A DNA stretch of 64,000 nucleotides, taken from NCBI GenBank assembly GCA_964629785.1, contig CAZVRU010000002.1:34861-98860 (forward strand), read 5' to 3'. The DNA comes from an uncultured Planctomycetia bacterium (lineage in GTDB: Bacteria; Omnitrophota; Gorgyraeia; Duberdicusellales; 4484-171). The position numbers and the translations under genes were made by a program. Below, one piece after another: positions 48,159 through 56,434 of the stretch; positions within the stretch are counted from its first letter, which is position 1; each line of letters begins with the position of its first letter. The notes beneath the pieces are model-generated. The model worked only from the letters and a program-made list of their open reading frames with translations. It was not told the DNA's origin and searched no databases.

Positions 48159-49601
48159 ATGGCCAAAATGATTCAGAGTATTCTGGGAAAGAAAAGACGC
48201 AACTGGAGTCTGCTGCTGATTCCACTGGCTTTTTTTTCGGTCAGCGGATTTGTCTTTAAACTGTACGGGGTCGATTTTTCCCCTTTATTTCTGGCTCTGA
48301 TCCTTTTTGCCTATGCCAGATTCGTAAGGAAAATAGAAAAGCTGCCTTCCAATATAGACCTGCTTATTCTTTTCGGCCTGGCGGTGGTCATTGCTTTGCT
48401 TGTCAACCAGGTCGATCCGCTGCATAAGAATCTCGCCTATGGTATCTATGCCATAGGTTTTGCCATGCTGGTCACTCTTCTTTTCGATAACATGGAAATA
48501 TCCCTGCTTTTTTCCCTGCTCGTCTCTTTTTTGACCGCCAGTGTCGAGAAAGGCGATTTTACCGTGCTGATCTCTCTTTTCTGCGCCTTAGCCTGCGTGA
48601 GCATGCTCAGTTACCGTATCCGCCGCCGTTCCCAGATAATCAGGGCCGGTCTGCTCAGCGGTTTTGTCCAGTTTTTTATCCGGCTGGCAGTGGAGGACTA
48701 TCAGAATTTTTCCATGCTCAACCTGTCTGATATGTTTTTTTTCCGGACCTTTGCCCTGGACAGCCTGTCCTTTCTGGCCAGCGGTCTTATCGCCTCGGTA
48801 GTGGTCATCGGCGTTCTGCCGATCTTCGAATATGTGTTCAAGACCGTGACCAACATATCTCTGCTGGAACTTTCCGATTTTAATCATCCCTTATTGAGAA
48901 AAATGATCCTCGAGGCACCAGGTACCTACCAGCATTCTCTGGTGGTGGCCAATCTGGCCGAAAGCGCGGCTGAAGCCATTTCTGCCAACCCGCTGCTGGC
49001 CCGGGTCGGTTCCTATTATCACGATATCGGAAAAATACCCAAAGCCAATTATTTCGTGGAAAATCTGATACCTTACCGTGATGTGCATAAAGACCTTAAA
49101 CCATCGATCAGCAAGATGATCATCATGAACCATGTCAAAGAAGGCGCAGAGCTGGCCGCCCGTCATAAGCTGAATCCCCGCATAATCGATTTTATCGAGC
49201 AGCATCACGGAAAAAGCCTGGTCTATTACTTCTATCACCGGGCCAAGGAACTGGAGCCGGATAAAGAGAGAGAATATGAAGAAGAATACCGCTATCCCGG
49301 ACCGCGTCCTCAATCCCGGGAAGTGGCTATAGTGGCCCTGGCTGACGCTATCGAAGCTCTGTCCCGGACTATGGAAGAGCCTACGCCGTCACGCCTGGAA
49401 GAAATGGTCAGGGAAGTGGTGCGTAAAAAGTTCATGGAAGGAGAGCTTGACGAAAGCAACCTGACGCTCCGCGACCTGGAACGGATCACCCAGAGCTTTG
49501 TCCGGGTGCTCAATGCCATATTCCATACCCGGATAAATTACCCTAAAGATGAAAGTTCGACTAAAAAATCTTCAAAAGGCAAAGAAGATAGATCTGATTG
49601 A
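48159..49601 (+). CDS. pgpH: 7TM-HD (HDIG) phosphohydrolase, PgpH-like cyclic-di-AMP phosphodiesterase family
   Basis: Multiple TMs; LLELSD.NHPLL, APGTYQHS, YHDIGK, HVKEG, QHHG, RYPGPRP, ADAIEA; phoH-X-ybeY synteny. Confidence 0.8.
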   Translation: MAKMIQSILGKKRRNWSLLLIPLAFFSVSGFVFKLYGVDFSPLFLALILFAYARFVRKIEKLPSNIDLLILFGLAVVIALLVNQVDPLHKNLAYGIYAIGFAMLVTLLFDNMEISLLFSLLVSFLTASVEKGDFTVLISLFCALACVSMLSYRIRRRSQIIRAGLLSGFVQFFIRLAVEDYQNFSMLNLSDMFFFRTFALDSLSFLASGLIASVVVIGVLPIFEYVFKTVTNISLLELSDFNHPLLRKMILEAPGTYQHSLVVANLAESAAEAISANPLLARVGSYYHDIGKIPKANYFVENLIPYRDVHKDLKPSISKMIIMNHVKEGAELAARHKLNPRIIDFIEQHHGKSLVYYFYHRAKELEPDKEREYEEEYRYPGPRPQSREVAIVALADAIEALSRTMEEPTPSRLEEMVREVVRKKFMEGELDESNLTLRDLERITQSFVRVLNAIFHTRINYPKDESSTKKSSKGKEDRSD

Positions 49602-49977
49602 ACTGCGCCGCCGGATAGGCAAAGTCCTCTGCGCCCTGGGTCAAGAAGAAAAACAAATCGAGATCGTTCTCTGCGATAATCGCCTTATCCGGGAATTGAA
49701 CCGCGATTTTCTGGGCAAAGACAATCCCACGGATGTCATCGCCTTCCCCCTGGACGGAGAAGACTGTCAGGGGATATGGGGGATAGTTGTGATATCTGTG
49801 GAAGAAGCGGATATTTACAGCCGCGCCCATGGCCTTGCCTGGCAGGAAGAAATGTTGCGCTATATCGTTCACGGCATCCTTCATCTGCACGGCTATAAAG
49901 ATAAGGCCGCTGATGACCGGCAGCGGATGCGGCGCAAAGAAAACCAGCTGTTAAAAAAAGTAGAGAGTAGAGATTAG
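49549..49977 (+). CDS. ybeY: rRNA maturation endoribonuclease YbeY
   Basis: LNRDFLGKDNPTDVIAF, HGILHLHGY. Confidence 0.92.
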   Translation: MKVRLKNLQKAKKIDLIELRRRIGKVLCALGQEEKQIEIVLCDNRLIRELNRDFLGKDNPTDVIAFPLDGEDCQGIWGIVVISVEEADIYSRAHGLAWQEEMLRYIVHGILHLHGYKDKAADDRQRMRRKENQLLKKVESRD

Positions 49978-50163
49978 GGTGATACGAATGCAAATTGCAA
50001 CCTGCCTCGACGGCAAGGCGGGATTTAACATTTAGCATTGCAAAATTGGACTGTGGACTGTGGTCCGCTCGCCCTGAGCGAAGCCGAAGGGTGGTCTGGC
50101 GTCTGTTTTACTTGTCGCCTTCAGACTTGTCGACTTGCAACTTGTCACGTGTAACTTGCGACT
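49959..50163. repeat. Mosaic of heptamer arrays with nested REP-like palindromes
   Basis: agtagag x2; aatgcaa/attgcaa/atttarc interrupted by cctgcctcgacggcaaggcggg (50001-50022); tggactg array interrupted by gccctgagcgaagccgaaggg (50071-50091); acttgNN array 50110-50163. Confidence 0.75.
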
Positions 50164-50178
50164 TTTTCCTATAGGCCA

Positions 50179-50913
50179 GTGACTATTATGGTAGAAAAAG
50201 ACATTGCTTTCGTATTGAAGCGGACCGATTTCCGGGAAACAAGCATAATCGTTACTATGTTCAGCCGCAACTACGGGAAGATGACCGGCATATTAAAAGG
50301 GTTCTATACGGCAAAGAAAGAGTTTACTTCGTCCATGGACACCTACACTCTTAATCAGATAGTCTTTTATCCCAAACAGACCAGTATCTGGCTGGTATCT
50401 TTCTCTGACCTGCTGAAGGACTGTCCTTATCTGCGAACCGACTATGCCAGGAATCGCGCGGCTGCCAAATGCAGCGAGGCCCTGGATACAGTGCTGCCTT
50501 TCTGGGAAAAAAATGAAGCCGTGTTCAGGCTTTTTTACCTGACCCTTGCGGCCCTGAAACAGGTCGAGGTCCAGAAGGCGGTCTATATTTTTTTCATTAA
50601 ACTGCTGACTTTGTGCGGATTGAAGCCTCAGTTCAAGACCTGCCTGCATTGCGGCCTGTCTCTGGAAAGAAATCTTTTTTTCAGTTATTCGGCCGGGGGC
50701 CTGGTCTGCGGCCGCTGCCGTTCTTTCTACGGCGATGCCTATCCGCTTTTGCCGGAAACAGCATCGTCTATTTATTACATTCAGCATAATAATTTCCCTC
50801 ATGTGCTGCGCATTAATCCCACCCTGCGCTGTACAGAACAGATATTGTCGCTTCTTGACCGGTTCCTTGCTTATCATCTGCATTTTAATCTATTAGCCAA
50901 AGCGGAGATGTGA
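50179..50913 (+). CDS. recO: DNA repair protein RecO
   Basis: VLKRTDFRETSIIV..S..YGK, Zn motifs CLHC and CGRC, GGLVC; downstream of ybeY. GTG start or ATG 50188. Confidence 0.88.
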   Translation: MTIMVEKDIAFVLKRTDFRETSIIVTMFSRNYGKMTGILKGFYTAKKEFTSSMDTYTLNQIVFYPKQTSIWLVSFSDLLKDCPYLRTDYARNRAAAKCSEALDTVLPFWEKNEAVFRLFYLTLAALKQVEVQKAVYIFFIKLLTLCGLKPQFKTCLHCGLSLERNLFFSYSAGGLVCGRCRSFYGDAYPLLPETASSIYYIQHNNFPHVLRINPTLRCTEQILSLLDRFLAYHLHFNLLAKAEM

Positions 50914-51353
50914 TCATGATCTATGAAGACAGATTGACCAGCGCTATCGAAAAAAAAGCCAAAAAACTGCAGGGTTCGACTTTCTCTCCTGATCAGGTCG
51001 ACGCGTCCATACTGCAGACCATTTCTTACGAGTATCCCGGCCGCCGAACAACCGTAGAACTGACCTCGGATGAATTCACCTGCCTTTGCCCCTTTTCCGG
51101 TCTGCCGGATTTTGCCAGACTGGTGATTTCCTATGTGCCGGCCAGGAAACTTATCGAAATGAAAGCTTTAAAATATTATCTTTGTGCTTTTCGCAATGTA
51201 AAGATATACAACGAACACGTTGTGAACAAGATCCGGGACGATCTTAAGAAAGCGCTTTTACCGCGTGAACTTTCCGTGACCGGTTATTTTACGTCGCGGG
51301 GCGGTATCACCAACAAGGTCGTGGCCTCCTATAAAAAGAATACCAGGGTATAG
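50910..51353 (+). CDS. queF: NADPH-dependent preQ0 reductase (type I)
   Basis: EFTCLCPFSGLPDFA, IEMKALKYY, NEH, FTSRGGI. Confidence 0.92.
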   Translation: MIMIYEDRLTSAIEKKAKKLQGSTFSPDQVDASILQTISYEYPGRRTTVELTSDEFTCLCPFSGLPDFARLVISYVPARKLIEMKALKYYLCAFRNVKIYNEHVVNKIRDDLKKALLPRELSVTGYFTSRGGITNKVVASYKKNTRV

Positions 51354-51506
51354 CGTCTGGCGTTTAGCGGATAGGGTTGCGACTTCGTCGCGAGGTAATG
51401 TGAAATAGATAATTTCTAATTGACCTGATTTGGAAAATGTCTGAATATAAATTTATGTGTAGCGCGGAGCGTTCCCTGAACGCTAACCGCTAAACCCTAA
51501 CCGCTG
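51344..51506. repeat. Inverted pair of imperfect heptamer arrays (TAGCGKW-like)n ... (complement)n
   Basis: Left cagggta tagcgtc tggcgtt tagcgga tagggtt (51344-51378); right ttccctg aacgcta accgcta aacccta accgctg (51472-51506); AT-rich spacer. Confidence 0.8.
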
Positions 51507-51513
51507 TTTTACT

Positions 51514-53241
51514 ATGAAGAACGAATTGGTGGCTGCTATCTTCCGCGATATTGCCCGTCTTCTGGAATTGAAAGGCGAAAATATTTTCCGCATCCGCGCT
51601 TATGAACGGGCAGCCCAGGTTGTCGAAGGACTGGGCGAGGATATCGAGCTGCTGTCCCGGCAGAACAGGCTGCGCGAGCTTTCCGGAATCGGAAAGGATC
51701 TGGAAGAAAAGATAAGATCGATCGTTTCCCGCGGCACCTGTGCCCAGTATGAGACTTTAAAAAAAGAGGTCCCGGCAGGACTTCTGGCCATGCTGGATAT
51801 CCCCGGCCTGGGCCCGAGAACAGTGAAGTTGTTTTTTGACAGATTGGGGATCGATGATCTTGAAAAACTGGAAAAAGCCGCCCGCAGCGGACAACTGCGA
51901 AAGCTGGAAGGAATAAAAGCCCGGACCGAGGAAAATGTCCTTAAAGGTATCGATCTGTTGAAAAAAGGAAGAGAGAGGATTTCTCTTTACAGTGCCCGGG
52001 AAGCGGCTGATTGGTTTGTCCGGGAATTGAAAAAGATATCCGCAGTCAAAAAGATCGAAGTCGCCGGATCACTGCGCCGCAAACGGGAGACAGTAAAGGA
52101 TATCGACATCCTGGTGACTTCTTCTTCTCCGGAAAAGGTCATAAACGCTTTTGTGGCCCTGCCCCGTGTCAGGGAAGTCATTGCCAAGGGCGAGACCAAA
52201 GCTTCGCTGATTTCTGATGAGCACGATATGCAGGTCGATGTGCGGGTGGTGGATGACAGCGAGTTCGGATCGGCCCTGGTTTATTTTACCGGCTCCAAAC
52301 AGTTTAATATAAAATTACGCCAGAAAGCGATCAAAAAGGGGCTTAAGATAAACGAGTACGGAGTTTTTTCCCTGGATGCCCGGGGCCGGGAAAAACGGCA
52401 GGCCGGGAAAAGCGAAAAAGAAGTATTCAAGGTCCTGGGCCTGGAATATGTTCCTCCGGAAATGCGCGAAGACCGCGGCGAGATCGAACTGGCCGAGAAG
52501 AAAAAACTGCCCAGACTGGTCTCGGGTGACGATATCAGAGGCGAATTTCACGTGCATTCGACTTACAGCGACGGTCAGGCCACGATAAAAGAAAACGCTT
52601 TGTATGCCGGGAATAAAGGATATACTTATTTAGGGATCGCCGATCATTCTCAGAGCCTGAGAGTGGCCAACGGTCTCGATAAAAAGGAGGTATACAGGAA
52701 AATAGAGGAGATCCGCAAGGTCAACCGCTTACTGAAAAATATCCGGATCCTCTGCGCTACTGAAGTCGACATTCTGAAAGACGGCAGCCTTGATTATCCC
52801 AATGAACTGCTTGATGAGTTCGATGTGGTTATTGCCGCGGTTCATTCCGGTTTTAAACAGGACAGCCGGCAGATGACAAGCCGGCTGGTAAAAGCCTGTC
52901 AGAATAAAAGGGTCCATATTATCGCTCATCCTTCGGGCCGTTTGTACGGCAGCCGAAACGAATATGATTTTTCTTTTTCCGAACTGGTAAAGGCCGCTGC
53001 CGATAATAATGTGGCCCTGGAAATAAACTGTCATCCCCAGCGCATGGATCTGAACGATGTGCGCTGTATGCAGGCCGCTGCCAGCGGAGTAAAGCTGGCC
53101 ATTGGTACTGATGCCCATAGGGTCGGCGATATGGATTTTATGGATCTGGGCCTGGCTATTGCCAGACGGGGCTGGCTGGAAAAAAAAGATCTCCTGAATT
53201 GCCTGACGATACAAGAGGTGACGAAATGGCTAAAAAAATAA
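51514..53241 (+). CDS. polX: DNA polymerase X / PHP 3'-5' exonuclease
   Basis: FRIRAY, AGSLRR, KDIDIL, QVDVR, YFTGSK; PHP domain HVHS, DHS, GTDAH. Confidence 0.95.
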   Translation: MKNELVAAIFRDIARLLELKGENIFRIRAYERAAQVVEGLGEDIELLSRQNRLRELSGIGKDLEEKIRSIVSRGTCAQYETLKKEVPAGLLAMLDIPGLGPRTVKLFFDRLGIDDLEKLEKAARSGQLRKLEGIKARTEENVLKGIDLLKKGRERISLYSAREAADWFVRELKKISAVKKIEVAGSLRRKRETVKDIDILVTSSSPEKVINAFVALPRVREVIAKGETKASLISDEHDMQVDVRVVDDSEFGSALVYFTGSKQFNIKLRQKAIKKGLKINEYGVFSLDARGREKRQAGKSEKEVFKVLGLEYVPPEMREDRGEIELAEKKKLPRLVSGDDIRGEFHVHSTYSDGQATIKENALYAGNKGYTYLGIADHSQSLRVANGLDKKEVYRKIEEIRKVNRLLKNIRILCATEVDILKDGSLDYPNELLDEFDVVIAAVHSGFKQDSRQMTSRLVKACQNKRVHIIAHPSGRLYGSRNEYDFSFSELVKAAADNNVALEINCHPQRMDLNDVRCMQAAASGVKLAIGTDAHRVGDMDFMDLGLAIARRGWLEKKDLLNCLTIQEVTKWLKK

Positions 53242-54191
53242 TCGCGGCGCTGTTATTGCTAACAGCGATCTCCTGCGGCCCGGGACGTTATGAACAAACC
53301 TTTGTCGTGGCCGGGACTTTTGTCCGGGTCATTTCCGATGATCCCCGGGCAGCATCGATAGTCCATGCCGAATTCATCCGTCTGGATAATATCCTGAACG
53401 CCTATAAACCGGATTCGGATATCAGCCGTCTCAACGCCGGAAAAACGGCAGCGGTCAAAGTTTCGCCTGAGCTCTGCGAGCTTGTTGTCCTGGCCTGTTC
53501 GGCTTACGAGACCAGTGAAGGTCATTTCGACGCCAGCCAGGGAGCGGTCTATGCCCGCTGGAAAGAATGCCTGGACCATTTTGAATCCGCTCAATGTCCG
53601 CCGGAACAAAAGGAGATCGCCTCTCTGCTTGTGAATAAGGGAATAAATTCACTGCTGGTGGACAGCGATAATAATACCGTGACCATCACCGATGAACGAG
53701 TGATCCTTGATCTGTCCGGGATTGCCAAAGGTTTCATGGTCGATAAAGCAGTGAATAAGTTGCGCCGGGCCGGGGTATCGTCGGCCTTGATCGATGCCGG
53801 CGGCGATATCTATTGTCTGGGAAGCAACCCCCGGGGCGGGCCCTGGATAGTGGGGATACGTCATCCCTCGGATAAAAAAGAGGTCGTTTATCCCCTGGCC
53901 CTGGCTGATCAGGCAGTGGCTACCTCCGGCAGTTACGAACAGTTTTTTGAATGGCAGGGTGAGCGCTACAGCCATATAATCGATTTATTGAGCGGACAAC
54001 CGGTTCCCCGCAAGATGATAAGTATGACTGTGGTTGCCGCCAACGCCACTACCGCCGATGCTCTGGCCACGGCTTTTTTTTCCATGGGAGTGGAAGGTAC
54101 CCGCAATTATCTGATCCGGCATGCCACTACGCTTCAGGTATATGCCCTGACCGAAGAAGAGAAAGGATTGAAGATAGATGTCCTGCAGTAG
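53226..54191 (+). CDS. apbE: FAD:protein FMN transferase (ApbE) lipoprotein
   Basis: Lipobox ISC; SDISRLN, DLSGIAKG, DAGGD, ATSGSY, HIID, ADALAT. Start at ATG 53226. Confidence 0.92.
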   Translation: MAKKIIAALLLLTAISCGPGRYEQTFVVAGTFVRVISDDPRAASIVHAEFIRLDNILNAYKPDSDISRLNAGKTAAVKVSPELCELVVLACSAYETSEGHFDASQGAVYARWKECLDHFESAQCPPEQKEIASLLVNKGINSLLVDSDNNTVTITDERVILDLSGIAKGFMVDKAVNKLRRAGVSSALIDAGGDIYCLGSNPRGGPWIVGIRHPSDKKEVVYPLALADQAVATSGSYEQFFEWQGERYSHIIDLLSGQPVPRKMISMTVVAANATTADALATAFFSMGVEGTRNYLIRHATTLQVYALTEEEKGLKIDVLQ

Positions 54192-55026
54192 ATCGATCGA
54201 AGATATTGTCTCTGCCAAAAACAGGAAAAAGCTGGTCATGCTGACCTGTTATGATTTTTCTTTTGCCCGCATCCTTTCGCGCTGCGCCATAGATATGCTT
54301 CTGGTCGGAGATTCTCTGGCCAATGTCGTACTGGGAATGGAGCGTATCAATGACATCAGTTTTGAAGAGATGCTGGCCCATACCCGGGCAGTAAAAAAAG
54401 GTGCGCCCCAAACCCTGGTCGTGGCTGACATGCCCTATGTCTGCTGTCAGAAAAATACCCGCAAAGCAGTTTATTATGCCCGGCGCTTTGTCGCAGAGGG
54501 GGGAGCCGACGCAGTAAAAATAGAGTGGTTCGAAGACTGCCTTAAAGTATGCCGCAGACTGATCAAAGCCGGTATACCGGTCATGGGCCATATCGGGCTG
54601 ACCCCCCAGAGCGCGGACAAGATCGGGGGATTCAAAGTGCAGGGGAAAGACAGCCAGGCCGCAGCCCGGCTCCTGGATCAGGCAGCATTATTTGAGCGGG
54701 AAAAAGTGTTCAGTCTGGTTTTGGAATGTATTCCCCGGGCTCTGGCCCGGCTTATCACCGGGCAGGTAAAAGTCCCCACTATCGGTATAGGATCGGGAAG
54801 TTTCTGTGACGGACAGGTCCTGGTGCTTTATGACCTGCTCGGCCTTTATCGGGAAAACCGCCCGAAATTCGTAAAGCTCTATGCCGATTTGCAGACAGTT
54901 ATCGACAAGGCCGTGAATAAGTTTGGCGAAGAGATCCAGGGCGGTATTTTTCCCGGGGAAAAAGAGAGCTATTCCATAAGCGCAGAGGAGTTAAAAAAAA
55001 TAAAAAATTTATTAAACGAAAAGTAG
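54178..55026 (+). CDS. panB: 3-methyl-2-oxobutanoate hydroxymethyltransferase
   Basis: MLTCYD, LVGDSLA, ADMP, AVKIE, GHIGLTPQ, TIGIG, DGQVLV. Confidence 0.96.
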   Translation: MSCSRSIEDIVSAKNRKKLVMLTCYDFSFARILSRCAIDMLLVGDSLANVVLGMERINDISFEEMLAHTRAVKKGAPQTLVVADMPYVCCQKNTRKAVYYARRFVAEGGADAVKIEWFEDCLKVCRRLIKAGIPVMGHIGLTPQSADKIGGFKVQGKDSQAAARLLDQAALFEREKVFSLVLECIPRALARLITGQVKVPTIGIGSGSFCDGQVLVLYDLLGLYRENRPKFVKLYADLQTVIDKAVNKFGEEIQGGIFPGEKESYSISAEELKKIKNLLNEK

Positions 55027-55050
55027 TTTTTAGTATATAATACTTCTCTT

Positions 55051-56385
55051 ATGCCTCAGAAAGATCTTGAAAAAATCGTATCGCTGGCCCGGCGCCGGGG
55101 ATTTGTTTTCGGCGGATCCGAGATCCACGGCGGTCTTTCCAGTATCTGGGATTACGGCCCCCTGGGGGCAATGATCAAAAAGACCCTGAAAGACCTCTGG
55201 TGGCGGGAATATGTGGAGCGCCGGGAAGATATTGTCGGTCTGGACAGCGCTATTATCATGAACCAGGGGGTATTTATCGCCTCGGGACATCTGGAAGGAT
55301 TCACTGATATGCTGGTCGATTGTCCCCAGTGTAAAAAACGCTTCCGGATCGATAAGATCGAAAAGATAACCGATACCTGCTACCGCTGTCCGGACTGCAA
55401 GGCCGATATCGATATTTCCCGGAATCAGCCCCGCAAGTTCAATCTCATGCTCAAGACCAATATGAGCGCTTCTGAAAACGACCCCTATTATGCCTATTTA
55501 CGCCCGGAAACGGCCCAGGGGATCTTTACCAATTTTCTCAATGTCCTTAATACGGTCCATAAAAAACTTCCTTTCGGCATTGCTCAGATCGGAAAAGCCT
55601 TCCGCAACGAAGTGACTACCGGAAGTTTTATTTTCCGGATGAAAGAATTCGAGCAGATGGAAATAGAGTATTTTTCTCTTCCTGAGGAAGCCGACCAGTG
55701 CTATGAGCACTGGGTAAAGGAACGTTACCGCTTTTATACCGAACTGCTCGGGATAAAAAAAGAAAATCTTCGCCTGCGTCCGCACCGCGCCGATGAACTG
55801 GCCCATTATGCCCGGGCCTGTACGGATATCGAATACAATTTCCCCTTCGGCTGGAGCGAGCTGGAAGGGATAGCCAACCGTACTGATTACGATCTGCGCC
55901 GTCATTCGGAAATCAGCAAAAAAGATCTTTCCTATTTCGACGATAAAGCCGGCACTCATGTCATCCCTTATGTGATCGAACCGTCTTCGGGCGTGGACCG
56001 GATGTTCTTTGCCCTGTTCTGCGATGCCTATGCTGAAGAAGAGGTGAAGGGAAAGACCAGAGTAGTGCTTAAGCTCAAGCCGGAACTGGCCCCCTATAAG
56101 GCCGCGTTTTTCCCTTTGCTTAAAAATAAACCGGAACTGGTCGAGCTTGCAAAAAAACGTGTTTGTGATAGAAGAAATAAGATTACGGTTGTCTATGACG
56201 ACAGCGGGGCCATCGGTAAATTATACCGGCGCCAGGACGAGATCGGTACTCCTTTCTGCGTCACTGTCGATGTGCAGAGTCTGGAGGATAAATGCGTCAC
56301 GGTACGCTCCCGGGACGATATGGCCCAGGAACGGGTTGCCGGAGAAAGATTGTTAGAGTATTTCAAGGATAAAATGACGGTTTGA
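55051..56385 (+). CDS. glyQS: Glycine--tRNA ligase, homodimeric (alpha2) type
   Basis: WDYGPLG, LRPETAQGIF, FRNE, EFEQME, ELEGIA.R, IEPSSGVDR, YRRQDEIGTP. Confidence 0.96.
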   Translation: MPQKDLEKIVSLARRRGFVFGGSEIHGGLSSIWDYGPLGAMIKKTLKDLWWREYVERREDIVGLDSAIIMNQGVFIASGHLEGFTDMLVDCPQCKKRFRIDKIEKITDTCYRCPDCKADIDISRNQPRKFNLMLKTNMSASENDPYYAYLRPETAQGIFTNFLNVLNTVHKKLPFGIAQIGKAFRNEVTTGSFIFRMKEFEQMEIEYFSLPEEADQCYEHWVKERYRFYTELLGIKKENLRLRPHRADELAHYARACTDIEYNFPFGWSELEGIANRTDYDLRRHSEISKKDLSYFDDKAGTHVIPYVIEPSSGVDRMFFALFCDAYAEEEVKGKTRVVLKLKPELAPYKAAFFPLLKNKPELVELAKKRVCDRRNKITVVYDDSGAIGKLYRRQDEIGTPFCVTVDVQSLEDKCVTVRSRDDMAQERVAGERLLEYFKDKMTV

Positions 56386-56434
56386 GGATGTTTTCTTAAA
56401 CAGTTTTTAAAACGGAAAAAGGAGGTCCAGGATC

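Noticed and set aside
49870-49905. YbeY third metal His replaced (HGILHLHGYKD)
   Set aside because: The Asp variant is known in other bacterial YbeY proteins; not evidence of inactivation.
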